Origin: Chiloscyllium plagiosum
Taxonomy: Eukaryota
Direction of reading: 5' to 3'
Assembly: GCF_004010195.1 (NCBI RefSeq)
Contig: NC_057719.1
Span: forward strand, 3,486,679 to 3,543,719
Length of the DNA stretch: 57,041 nt
Numbering within the stretch: the first letter of the stretch is position 1; the number at the start of each line of letters is the position of its first letter. The notes under the pieces were generated by a model. It was not told where the DNA came from and searched no databases. It worked only from the letters and a program-made list of their open reading frames with translations. Below, piece after piece: positions 13,088 through 24,325 of this stretch. Made by a program: the position numbers and the translations under genes.

Positions 13088-13266
13088 GGAGAAAGTGAAT
13101 ACTGCAGATGCTGGAGATCAGAGACAAAGAGTGCAGTGCTGGGCAAACACAGCAGGTCAGGCAGTGTCCGAGGAACAGCAGAGTCAACATTTCGTGCATA
13201 AGCTTGTCATTATTGCTGATGCTGCCTGACTGGCTGTGCTTTTCCAGCATCACACTTTTGGACTCT
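13088..13266. mobile_element. Degenerate fold-back PLE terminus (family A)
   Basis: GGAGAAAGTGA..ACTGCAGATGCTGGAG arm followed by inverted GATGCTGCCTGAC..TTTTCCAGCA. Another half arm lies at about 13445-13540. Confidence 0.7.
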
Positions 13267-13608
13267 TGCTAAATGACAACCAAACCGTAAATAAGGCTTA
13301 GTACCAACCTTTCATGAACATCCAGGTTCATATCTTCAAACAGGAAAAACCAACAGATAAGAATCATAGCACCGAATGAGATTAAATGAATGATAATTGG
13401 TTTCTGCACAAATCCGGCGGGGTTGTGTGGGGGGTGGCGAGGGGTGCCTTTGCCCGAAACGTCACTTTTTCCTGCTCCTTGGATGCTGCCTGACCTGCTG
13501 TGCTTTTCCAGCACCACTCTAATCTTGACCTTCTCCTGTGTGATAGGCTTACAGTTATTCCTATCCTTACCTCTCCATCTGACTGAAATTGGCCATGTTT
13601 CCAAGCAG

Positions 13609-13691
13609 ATGACCAGAATAAGGTGCAAGAACAGCAGACCGAGGAGCTCTGGACCACGAAGGAGAGTTGCAACCCCTCTGGATCCGACAAG
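13609..13691 (+). CDS. Coding exon, 83 nt, phase 1 to 0 (linker of module B: DDQNKVQEQQTEELWTTKESCNPSGSDK)
   Basis: Acceptor gtttccaagcag|, donor AAG|GTGATT. Supplies the phase 1 to 0 change needed between 11034 and 19904. Same length as 6976-7058. Confidence 0.65.
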
Positions 13692-13836
13692 GTGATTGGT
13701 GCACTGGGAGTCAATATTATTGTGTATTCTAATGGAAAAGCTACATTCAGCTTTAAGGACCATTTGTCTTCAAAAATACAAACAAAAACATAAAAATATA
13801 ACTCACAAACTTGGATGTGGACTAGAGTTCAGGACA

Positions 13837-14015
13837 GGAGAAAGTGAGGACTGCAGATGCTGGAGATCAGAGCCGAGAGTGTGGTGCTGGGAAAGCACAG
13901 CAGGTCAGGCAGCATCTGAGGAGCAGGAGGATCGACGTTTCGGGCATAAGCTCTTCATCATGCCCTGCTGCTGGGATGCTGCCTGACCTGCTGTGCTTTT
14001 CCAGCAACACACTCT
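13837..14015. mobile_element. Fold-back PLE terminus (family A) with target-site duplication
   Basis: Inverted arms flanked by TAGAGTTCA(G/A)GACA direct repeats. Confidence 0.8.
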
Positions 14016-14454
14016 AGAGTTCAAGACAGAATTGTAAAACACAGAAAAACAGGAGGCCATTCGGCCCTTCAACATGATCATGGCTCATCATCCAACTCAA
14101 TCCCCTGTTCCCAGTCTCTCCCCATTCCCTTTGATCCCTTTATCCCTCAGGACAATATTGAACTCCTTCTTGATAACATTCAATGTTTTGGCTTCAATGG
14201 TTTTCTGTGCCAGAGAATTCCACAGGCTCAGCATTCCCTGGTCATCGGGATTTCCTTCCAAACAGATGCTGACAGCCTGTTAATCCTGAGATTTTGTTCT
14301 ATTCTTTTTAAATTATGTTTGGAAGCATCAGAACATTTACCTCAGAGGGATATTATTCACTCCCTTGCCAGTTTGACATTACCACCTCTTTTGGGCAATG
14401 ATTTTATATTGTCCTCACCTCACCTCCCAGCTGTACAATTTTACAATGGAATAC

Positions 14455-15075
14455 AAAACAATACAGCACAGGAACAGGCCCATCAGCTCACCAAACCTGC
14501 CCTGTATCCTAATCTTTGTTTAGATCATCTGCTTATTGCCCATGTATGGTTTCCAACCCTCTGTTCAACTCCCATGTGTCTATCAAGGTACTCCTTAAAC
14601 ACTGCTAACGTACCTGCTTCCACCACCCCCACTGACAGTGCATTCCAGACACCCACCATCCTTTGTGTGAAAAACTCTCCTCGTACCTCTCCCCCAAACC
14701 TCACCCCCTCTCACCTTTAACCTGTGCCCTCTTGTAGTTGACCGTTCCACCCTGGGAAAAAGCCTCAGCTTATCCACCCTATCTATGCCTCTCATTATTT
14801 TGTAGGCCTCTATCAGGTCTCCCCCTCAGCCTCTATCTTTCCAGTAAAAACAGTCCGAGTTTATCCAACCTCTCCTCGTAACTGAAACCCTCCAGAGCAG
14901 GCATCATCCTGCTAAACCTGCTGTGCACTCTCTCCAAAGCATCCATGTCCTTCTGATAGTGTGGTGACCAGAACTGCTGGCAATATTCCAAATGGGGCCG
15001 AACTAAAGTTTTGCACAGCTGTAACATGACTTGCCGATGAAGGAGAGTGTGCTGTCTGCCTTCTTGCTCATCACC
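14455..15075 (-). mobile_element. CR1 3' fragment
   Basis: ORFs 14595..14795 and 14833..15078 (LVRPHLEYCQQFWSP). Confidence 0.9.
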
Positions 15076-15130
15076 CACTAATTAACCAGGACTCTCCTTG
15101 TGTGTTGTACTTATTCTAACTTCGATCATT

Positions 15131-15290
15131 ACTTGCGAGAAAGCCCTGTCTCTATCTGCAGTTCCCAACACAAACCGGATGGGGGGGGTGGGCACTGCTG
15201 GTTAGAATGTGCTGGGGGGACCTCTCATTGGGCGCACTCCCTGATTGGATAGCAAGCCAGACCATTCGTTGGCTGCCCGCTGCAGAATGG
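15131..15290 (+). promoter_or_regulatory. Candidate internal promoter (housekeeping-type motif cluster)
   Basis: Inverted CCAAT boxes (ATTGG 15227-15231, CTGATTGG 15241-15248), G-rich GGGGTGGGC (15185-15193), CTGCAGTTCCCA (15156-15167, ZNF143/Staf-like), TTGCGAGA (15133-15140) and YY1-like AATGGCGG overlapping the ATG at 15287. Confidence 0.45.
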
Positions 15291-15304
15291 CGGTAGATAT
15301 AGTT
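15287..15304 (+). CDS. Candidate alternative first coding mini-exon (MAVDIV), phase 0
   Basis: AGA-ATG-G strong Kozak context, 6 codons, then donor GTT|GTAAGG. In frame with the phase-0 exon at 19904. Confidence 0.45.
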
Positions 15305-15956
15305 GTAAGGCGTCTGTGAAAATATGACTCCAAACTACCCTCCCTAGGCATAAATGAAAGTCACCCCTAATTATTGCCTTACCCTTCTTACAGACTATTC
15401 TAATTGGGTCATTTTGCCCTGGGGGTGAGGTGGGGGCTTAATGTTAAAATCCCTGGCCTAGCAACTCCACGCAGTCTCAGACTGTGAGCTCAAATCCCAA
15501 TATGGCAGCAGCTGGTTACATTTTGAACGCATTTAAATCTAGAATTAAATCTGGCTCAATCAGTATTTAAAAAAAAACCCATCTTGTTTGTTGAAGTCTG
15601 TTCTGGACAGAAAGCTGCTGCTCTTACCTGGGCTGGCCCACATGTAACTTCCAACAGAGTAATGTGATTTATTCTTCATCACCTTCAGATCAAAGATGAA
15701 CGATGGCCCCATCAGAGTTACCCACATTGATTGAAAGAATAAATTCAATGTACCTGCCTTTTAAAAAATCTGCCTTTTGCTATTTGTGTGAGGTTAGATG
15801 TTTAAGAATCACTGAAAAGTTATAGCTATCAGAACAGATGAACATAAAAACAGAGAGGACTGCAGAAACTCAGCAGCTCCTCACTCTCTGCAAAAATCCA
15901 ATTCATCCGATAAATGCTAATTCCTCATGTATCCCATTAACAGCTCAAAAAAGAAA

Positions 15957-16393
15957 TGATTTGGAGATGTCGGTGTTGGACTGGGGTGGACAAAGTTAAA
16001 AATAACACACCACATTATAGTCCAACAGGTTTAATTGGAAGCACTAGCTTTCAGAGCGCTGCTCCTTCATCAGGTGGGAGAAAGTGAGGACTGCAGATGC
16101 TGGAGACCAGGGTTGAAAAATGCGGTGCTGGAAAAACACAGCAGGCCAGGCAGCATCCGAGGAGCAGGAGAATCGACGTTTCCTGAAGAAGGGCTTATGC
16201 CCGTAACGTCGATTCTCCTGCTCCTCGGATGCTGCCTGGCCTGCTGTGTTTTTCCAGCACCACATTTTTCAACTCTGGTCTCCAGCATCTGCAGTCCTCA
16301 CTTTCTCCCACCTGATGAAGGAGCAGCGCTCTGAAAGCTAGTGCTTCCAATTAAACCTGTTGGACTATAACCTGGTGTTGTGTGATTTTTTAA
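15957..16393. mobile_element. Composite nested palindrome: PLE family B arms enclosing PLE family A arms; 13-bp TSD
   Basis: CTCAAAAAAGAAA at 15944-15956 and 16394-16406. Inner family A block 16077-16308. Confidence 0.85.
16309..16343 (+). ncRNA. Minimal type-I hammerhead ribozyme motif (family B); mirror copy on - strand at about 16042-16076
   Basis: CAC-CUGAUGA-A-GGAGC-agc-GCUCU-GAAAGCUA-GUG: helix I CAC/GUG, helix II, palindromic AGCU in place of helix III. Confidence 0.65.
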
Positions 16394-16779
16394 CTCAAAA
16401 AAGAAAGGTGTACTTGGTGAAAACCTTTTCACTTGTCAGGGAGACTAAAGCAAGGGATCACTATTATCACCAACAGAGCAACAGGGACCTCAGAAGAAGG
16501 TGTCTTTGTACCGAAAGCATTGAGAAGGTGGAATTTGCTGCAGCAGGAGTGGCTGGTATTGTCTCACTCAAGCAGAATGCCTGAGGGAAAGTAGATCGCA
16601 GGATGTGGAATACGGAAGGAATTTAGAGGAAACACATTGGATTTTCCATGTAGCTATGATCCCAGCTGAAGCTGCCCTTTCATACAGTCAAATCCGGACT
16701 GACATCTGGCTTGATTCATTATATTTTGATTTGTTTGGTTTTAAGAAAGTGAAACATGCAATGCTGCAGATTTTGGTTT

Positions 16780-18715
16780 ATAGAGATGTACAGCACAGAA
16801 ACAGGACCTTCAGCCCAACTCGTCCATGCCAACCAGATATCTTAAATTAATCTAGTCCCATTTGCCAGCACTTGGCACATATCCCTCTAAACCCTTCCTA
16901 TTCATATACACATCCAGATGCCTTTTAAATGCTGTGATTGTTCCAGCCTCCACCACTTCCTCTGGCAGCTCATTCCAGACACGCACCACCCTCTGCGTGA
17001 AAAAGTTACCCCTCAGCTCCTTTTTCAATCTTTCCGCTCTCATCTTAAACCTAGTTCTGGATGTCCCCACCCCAGAGAAAAGATCTTGTCTACTTATCCT
17101 ATCCATGCCCCTCATAATTTTGTAAACCTCTATAAGGTCACCCCTCAGCCTCCGATGCTCCAGGGAAAACAGCCCCAGCCTGTTCAGCCTCTCCCTGTAG
17201 CTCAAATCCTCCAACCCTGGCAACGTCCTTGTAAATCTTTTCTGAGTCCATTCAAGTTTAATAACATCTGAACTTTTTTACTGTATTCGGACCTTTTTAC
17301 TTCTTTATGTTTCTAATTTATTCCTATCATCAATAATGCTGGACTAGTAATTTCTTTACTTTTCTATGCTTTTTTGTTTCCTAAGAATTTGATCTTAAGG
17401 ATCTGTACCAAGGTACCTTTATACCTAAGACAACACAGTAATGCAGTGACTGTAAACCTGTCACTGTACTCATTTGAGTACATGTGACAATAAAACAAAT
17501 TCAATTCAATTCATCCTTCCTGTTGCAGGGAGACCAGAATTGTACACAGTATTCCAGTACAATTCTACTCCTGTACAGTGGCAACATGATGTCCCTACTT
17601 ATATACTCAATGCACTGCCCAGTGAAGACAAGCTTATCAAATGCCTTCTTCATCACCCTGTCTACCTGCAACTCCACTTTCAAGGAACTTTGCGCCTGCA
17701 CCCCTAGGTCTCTGTTTGGCAACACTCCGCGGGACAACAACATTACACAGGGCAACAAAATGCTGAGAGGCAGAGATAGGGTGAATAGTCAGAAGACTTT
17801 CCCCAAGGCCAACAACAAGAGGGCACAGGTTCAAGGTGAGAGGGGGAAGAGTTAGAGGAGAGGTGTGCGGAGAATATTTCATACAGAGGGTGGTGGGCAC
17901 TTGGGACACACTGCCAGTGGAGATGGCAGAAGCAGGCACATTAGCAACGTATCTTGATAAACACATGTGCAATAAGTAATGGACCTAAATAAGGGTTAGG
18001 AATTGGCACAGGTTTGGTGGGCCAAGGGCCTGCTCCAGTCATAAAGTCATAGAGATGTACAGCATGGAAACAGACCCTTTGGTCCAACCCGTCCATGCCG
18101 ACCAAATATCCCAACCTAATCTAGTCCCACCTACCAGCACCTGGCCCATATCCCTCCAAACCCTTCCTATTCATATACCCATCCAAATGCCTTTTAAATG
18201 TTGCAATTGTACCAGCCTTCACCACTTCCTCTGGCAGCTCATTCCATATACACACCACCTTCTGCGTGAAAAGGTTGCCCCTTAGGTCCCTTTTATATCT
18301 TTCCTCTCTCATCCTAAATCCATGCCCTCTAGTTCTGGACTCCCCCATCCCAGGGAAAAGACTTTGTCTATTTACTCTATCCATGCCTCTCATAATTTTG
18401 TAAACCTCTATAAGGTCACCCCTCAACCTTCGATGCTCCAGGGGAAACTGCCCCCGCTTCTCCCTATAGCTCAAACCCTCCAACCCTGGCAACATCCTTG
18501 TAAATCTTTTCTGAACCCTTTCAAGTTTCACAACATCTTTCCAATAGGAAGGAGACCAGAATTGCACACAATATTCCAAAAATGGCCTAACCAATGTCCT
18601 GTACAGCCGCAACATGACCTCCCAACTCCTGTACTCAATACTCTAACCAATAAAGGAAAGCAAACCAAACGCCTTCTTCACTATCCTATCTACCTGCGAC
18701 TCCACTTTCAAGGAG
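16780..18715 (-). mobile_element. Cluster of CR1 3' fragments (16780-17725 -, 17730-18040 +, 18040-18715 -) with a different LINE tail inserted at about 17270-17513
   Basis: ORFs 16852..17223, 17501..17758 and 18121..18615. The insert ends GTGACAATAAA..(ATTCA)n. Confidence 0.85.
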
Positions 18716-19181
18716 TCCTGTATTGAATTGTATATACACGGAGGTTTATTAACAAAGCAAATGAAGATAAAATAGAATAAATAAACGCACCCATCTACTT
18801 AAAACACTGATCCAAAGATTGTTAAATAAAATTATATTCTCATTAATCCCAAAACACTCAGATTATAACTTGAAAAGAAGAATGGTCTTGTTTGATGATA
18901 ACCAAAACACATCCTGCTATCCGAAGAATGCACCTTGTATAGAACCTCGAAATATCACTTATACAATACCCACACCAAAGGACCTGTCTTTAACACCTCG
19001 TTAAGTTTAAATCTTTGGGTTACAAATTATAGACTTGAAATGCTCATAGCTTTTGGCAGGAGTTATTATATACCATACCTTAAATATACTCTGTTTTAAT
19101 AAACCTCTTCACTATTTTATCTTCACACGTTTGAGACGAATATTAAATCTTTACTCTGTGTTAACCAAATTCCACTTTATA

Positions 19182-19310
19182 CTGAGGAAGGCTCACTGGA
19201 CCCGAAACGTTAACTCTGGTCTCTCTCCACAGATGCTGCCAGAGCTGCTGAGCTTTTCCAGCAATTTCTGTTTTTGTTTCTGATTTACTGCGCCTGTAGT
19301 TTTTTGGATT
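19182..19310 (+). mobile_element. PLE 3' terminus (family C) with hammerhead-like core
   Basis: CTGAGGAAGG...GACCCGAAACGTTAACT then AGATGCTGCCAGA.CTGCTGAG..TTTCCAGCA. Related copies at about 3845-3930 (-), 24370-24450, 34570-34685 (-) and 46560-46655. Confidence 0.7.
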
Positions 19311-19903
19311 TCCTCGTTCAATTAATCAAGATCACTGATCTGTACATGCATCTTCAGTGTCCAAAATTCAAAGCAAGACTGCACAAAATCTCTCTCTCTC
19401 CGAACTATCAGTGCTTCCTTTAGGCTTAAAAAAAAGTCTTCTCAAACTTCGAAACAGGAGCTTGTTCATCTTGTCATAAAACCCTCCAATTTTCATAAAA
19501 TCCATTAATTCTAAAGCTAAGCCTCAAAAACTGCTCAATAGCAAATCTCTACGGCCTGACAAATACAAATCAATTACTAATTTCAGGCTTACAGAAAATC
19601 CACAAATTATTAACTCAAAAGCCAAAAACCCAACCTTTCAATACATGATAATAAATGTATACATTAATTGACAGTTTATATTATAATGCACAGTTATTAA
19701 TTTGGATCAAATTGCTGGGTCTTTGTCGTGTAAATCTATGTAAATCATTATCATATTAAAGTGTCAAAGAATCTGGATTGTAGAAGGGGTTGAGATGCCA
19801 ATCAGGTCCAGTCTGATTCTATATTAATTAGCTTCCCTCCTTACCTCTGTGCCAGTGAAATGTTCATAGGCTTTCTGATTCTATTGCCAAATTCTTTTCA
19901 CAG

Positions 19904-20012
19904 GGAACTGACACATCAGGAGCAGGAATACCCCTGGAGAAGATGACGACCGATGAGGTTTGCAAGTGGCTGATCGAGTCTGGCTTTGAGGCCTATGTGC
20001 CACATATCCGAG
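19904..20012 (+). CDS. Coding exon, 109 nt, phase 0 to 1: N-half of SAM-like domain 2 (GTDTSGAGIPLEKMTTDEVCKWLIESGFEAYVPHIR)
   Basis: Acceptor ttcttttcacag|, donor GAG|GTAAGG. 15/36 aa identical to 9497-9605. Confidence 0.88.
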
Positions 20013-20160
20013 GTAAGGGCAGTGCGAATCTCAACCTGTGGGAACGTCCTCTCCATTCATGGAGCCCCGGAGATATTGACCTGACTGGGGCAAGCCATTT
20101 GCTGCTATCCCTGTCTGCTTCTCTGACTGTTTCAAGAGTAATCTTACCAATTATTTTCAT

Positions 20161-20411
20161 GTTAAAAATCACACAACACCAGGAAATGGTCCAACAGGTT
20201 TATCTGGAAGCACTAGCTTTCGGAGCGCTGCTCCTTCATCAGGTGGTTATGGAGAATAAGATCGTAGGACACAGAATTTAAATTAAACTACCTGATGAAG
20301 GTGCAGCGCTCCGAAAGCTAGTGCTTCCAAATAAACCTGTTGGGCTATTACCTGGTGCTGTGTGATTTTTAACTTTGTCCGTCCCAGTCCAACACCGGCT
20401 CCCCCACATCA
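20161..20411. mobile_element. Fold-back PLE terminus (family B) with hammerhead cores on both strands
   Basis: Arms about 20161-20244 and 20290-20373. The - strand 20211-20245 reads CACCTGATGAAGGAGCAGCGCTCCGAAAGCTAGTG. Confidence 0.85.
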
Positions 20412-20514
20412 CAATTGTTTTAATGATCACCTTAATCACCTGTTTCAAAAAGTAATTTGATGCAGAGTTTTCAGCATGATCCTGCCTTTCATATTTTATG
20501 GGTCTATCACACAC

Positions 20515-20651
20515 ACTAGTGTTCGGTGCAGTAGTCAGAGGGAAACGGGTCTGGGTGGGTTACTCTTTGGAGGGTCGGTGTGGACTGGGTGGGCCTGTTT
20601 CCGCTCTGTAGGGAATCTAATCTAATCTAATCTAATCTAATCTAATCTAAA
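20515..20651 (+). mobile_element. HE1-type SINE 3' fragment with (AATCT)n tail
   Basis: GGGTCTGGGTGGGTTACTCTT...GGGCCTGTTTCC, tail 20614-20651. Confidence 0.8.
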
Positions 20652-20889
20652 TGAAAGAATTGCTCACCCACTGTTTTAAGGCAACCCTCACTCACCAATT
20701 TAAATGTCATTTGACCCACCATTTTAAGGGATGCTTCACGCACCATTTTAACTCCAACTTTAAGGGTAGTCTCATTCAAAACGTTAACTGTGGCTCCTTC
20801 TGCTATTTCAAATGAAACCTTACTAATCATGTTCAGGCAAGTCTCGTCATTTATTTTAAAGGTCACGTCCATAAGGGCACGAGCCGTCA

Positions 20890-21950
20890 AGACATAGAAG
20901 CAGAGGGAGACCATTCAGCCCATCGGATCTGCTCCACCATTCAATGAGATCATAGCTGATCTGATCACCCCCAATTCCACCTTCCTGCCTTTTCTCAATA
21001 ACCCTTGATTCCCTTTCTGATTAAAAATCTATCTCTCTCAGCCTTGATTAGGCCTCAACAGCAGACTGTGGTGACAAATTCCACAGATTCACTCCATCTG
21101 AGATAAGAAATTCCTCCTCTCTCAGTCTTGCTTTGCCACTCCGAGATGATGTCCCTCTGATCCTAGACCCTTCCACATGGGGAAACCACTTTTCCCCGTC
21201 TCCCCTGTGAAGTCACCATAAGAACCTGCTATGTTTCAATAAGGTTGCCTCTCATTCTTTTAAATTCCAATGAGTACAGGCCCAACCTACTCTCTAGCTC
21301 CTCATAAGACAGTCCCTTCGTACCTGGGATCAGCCGAGTGACCCTTCTCTGCACTTCCTCCAATGCTGGTATATCTTTCCTCAGATAAGGGACCCAAAAC
21401 CATTCCCAGTATGCAAGCTGGCATCTGATTAGGGTCTTGTACAACTTTCACAAAAGCATCCTTACTTTCATTTTCCATTCCCCTTGAAATAAAGGCCAAC
21501 GTTCTATTTGGGTTCACTTGGACTGAATGTGGGTAGCAAGACATTATTCTGATAAGTCTCCAGGGAAGCAGCAGTGAATCAGCTGGGGGATACGAAGCAA
21601 TGTGTCGTGACTAATGTGGAGTTTTGGAGCGGGGTGAAGGATTGTTGCGGAGTTCCCCAGGGTCGCTCTGGGAACCTTTACTTTTTCAGGTGGATATCAA
21701 TGATCTCAATCTTGCCGTGCAGGGAACACTTTCAAAGTTTGTGAACAATGCAAAATTTGAGAGGATTGTAGACAGTGAGGGGGGGCGGTGCAGGATTTTA
21801 AAAGGACATTGACAATTTGTGGAATGGGCAGGGAGGTGGAAGGCGAAGTCATGGTGGAGAAGTATGAGGTGTCCTTTGGTACAAAGAACACAGACAGACA
21901 GTAAAATAAAGGCCACTGTTCTAAAGGGAGTGATGGAACAGAGGGATCTT
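20890..21950. mobile_element. CR1 fragments (20890-21520 -, 21530-21950 + RT core)
   Basis: ORFs 21229..21444 and 21624..21812 (PLLFQVDINDL). Confidence 0.75.
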
Positions 21951-22575
21951 TACGCTTTTGTGTTCTTATCCTTATAACTTGTTGCAACTTCTATTCTGAC
22001 CCTACAATTCAGGCCTGAAGGCAATCAAAGGAAATATTCTTCAAACTTCTCTGTTGACTAAGATAATCAAGTGACTTCCAAGAGACAGCAACAATTTCTG
22101 CCATTTATAATCTCCTATAACTTAACAGGTCCTCACACATCTGTTGTGGAATAAAGCTGAACTCACGGAGATGAGATTGATCTTCAGGAAACCACTCTGA
22201 GCAAGATCAGGGAGAAACTATCTGCTTTGATTTCTGATCGGTTATGTTCACTTTTTTTTTATTTTTCTTTTCTTTGGAAGAAAGGAAACACCAGAGTGGC
22301 CTGTGACAAGCAGTGCCCTTCACATTAAACGGCAATGCTGTGTGACATGTTCACTATTTATAAATGAATTGGCAATGGCGCAAAGAGTCTTTAGACTAAT
22401 TGGAGATAATTAGAAACAGGAGCTCTGAGAAGAGAGGGAAGTCAGATTTAAAAATCCAGACCAGTTTGGTAAATTTATCCCCACAACCCTGAATTAGAGT
22501 TTCAGTCATGTTCAAAGATGTACCATTGTGGTTTAATTGTAATCCGACTTCTAACCGTGTCTTATTTCTCTTCAG

Positions 22576-22725
22576 AGTTTGGGATTACTGGGAGACAGTT
22601 AGCAAACACTGATTCGGAATTATTCGACCAATTACAATTGCGAGATGCTGAGGACAGGGAGAAATTGCTATTTGCTCTGTACCAGGAGCTGAATCCATCA
22701 GACATGAATGTTGAAGACATATTGG
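22576..22725 (+). CDS. Coding exon, 150 nt, phase 1 to 1: C-half of SAM-like domain 2 (EFGITGRQLANTDSELFDQLQLRDAEDREKLLFALYQELNPSDMNVEDIL)
   Basis: Acceptor cttatttctcttcag|, donor TGG|GTAAGG. The 'GITG..L' motif matches the SAM 'I.G..L' signature. Confidence 0.9.
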
Positions 22726-22837
22726 GTAAGGGACGCAAAACTTTACTCAAAAGAACGTAAATACAGAGTGCTCCAATCATACAAAAAAGTGACAAAGCAT
22801 TACATCTGAGCAAGGGATTCAGTTAAAGCAGTGCAAT

Positions 22838-22980
22838 ATGTCAGCTGTGGCTAAGTGGCCAGCACTTTTATATCTGAGCGCAAAGGTCACAGGATAAAAA
22901 CCTGAACCAGAGACCCAGGCTTAGAAATCTAGGTTGCAGCATTAGTATAGGACTGAGGGAGTGCTGCACTGTCAGAGGGT
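22838..22980 (+). mobile_element. Degenerate DeuSINE/SacSINE-type head leading into the minisatellite
   Basis: TCAGCTGTGGCTAAGTGG A-box-like head...AAATCTAGG...ACTGAGGGAGTGCTGCACTGTC. Similar Deu-like relics at about 24520-24600 and 24705-24860. Confidence 0.55.
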
Positions 22981-24325
22981 CAGTGCTGAGGGAGTGCTGC
23001 ACTGTCAGAAGGTCAGTGCTGAGGGAATGCTGCACTGTCAGAAGGTCACTGCTGAGGGAGCGCTGTATTGTCAGAACTGAGTACTGACGGAGTGCCGCAC
23101 TGTTGGAGGTTAAATACTGGGGGAGCGCTGTATTGTTGGAGAATCAGTACTGAGGGAGTGCCGCACTGTTAGAGGGCCAGTGCTGAGGGAGTGCTGTACT
23201 GTCGGAGGGTCAGTGCTGAGGGAGTGCTGCACTGTCGGAGGGTCAGTGCTGAGGAAGTGCCGCACTGTCAGAGGGCGAGTACTGAGGGAGCACCGCACGG
23301 TCGCAGGGTCAGTACTGAGGGAGTGCTGCACTGTCAGAGGGTCAGTACTGAGGGAGATCTACACTGCAGACGGTCAGTCACACTGTTGGAGGGTCAGTAC
23401 TGAGGGAGTCCCGTACTGTCGGAGAGTCAATGATGAAGGAGCGCTGCGCTGTCGGAGGGTCAATACTGAGGGAGTGCTACACTGGCGGAGGGTCAGTACT
23501 GAGGGAGTGCCACACTGTCAGGGGGTCAGTACAGAAGGAGTGCTACAGTGTCGGAGAATGAGTTCTGAAGGAGTGTCAGACTCTTGGAGGGGCAGTACTG
23601 AGGGAGTGCAGGACTGTTGGAGGGTCAGTAGTGAGAGAGAGCCACACTGTCGGAGAGTCAGTGCTGAGGGAGGGCCGCACTGTTGGAGGGTGAGTACTGA
23701 GGGAGGACCACACTGTTGGAGGGTCAGTACTGAGGGAATGCTGCACTGTCGGAGGGTCAGTACTGAGGGAGGGCCATACTGTCGGAGGGTGAGTACTAAG
23801 GGAGCGCCGCATTGTCAAAGGGTCAGTCCGGAGGGAATGCCGCACTATGGAAGGGTGAGTTCTGAGGGACTGCCACACTCTCGAAGGGTCAGTGCTGAGG
23901 GAGTGCAGCACTGTTGGAGGGTCAGTACTGAGGGAGAGCAACACTCTCAGAAGGAGAGTGCTGAGGGAGTGCTACATTGTTGGACAGTCAATACTGAGGG
24001 AGAGTCGCACTGTTGGAGAGTCAATACTGGAGGCAAGCAGCAATGTTGGATGGTCAGTTCTGAGGGAGTGCCACTCTGTTCGAGGGTCAGTGCTGAGGGA
24101 GTGTCTCACTATTGCAGGTTCAGTGCTGAGGGATTGCCACACTGTTGGATGATCAGTGCTGAGGGAATGCTGCACTGTCGGATGGTCAGTGCTGAGGGAA
24201 TGCTGCACTGTCGGATGATCAGTGCTGAGGGAATGCTGCACTGTTGGATGGTCAGTGCTGAAGGAATGCTGCACTGTCGGATGGTCAGTGCTGAGGGAGT
24301 GCCGCACTGTAGGAGGGTGAATACC
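22950..24325. repeat. 33-bp minisatellite, about 41 units, consensus CAGT(A/G)CTGAGGGAGTGCTGCACTGTCGGAGGGT
   Basis: Direct inspection. The 11-aa periodicity in ORF 23180..24487 confirms the unit length. Confidence 0.95.
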
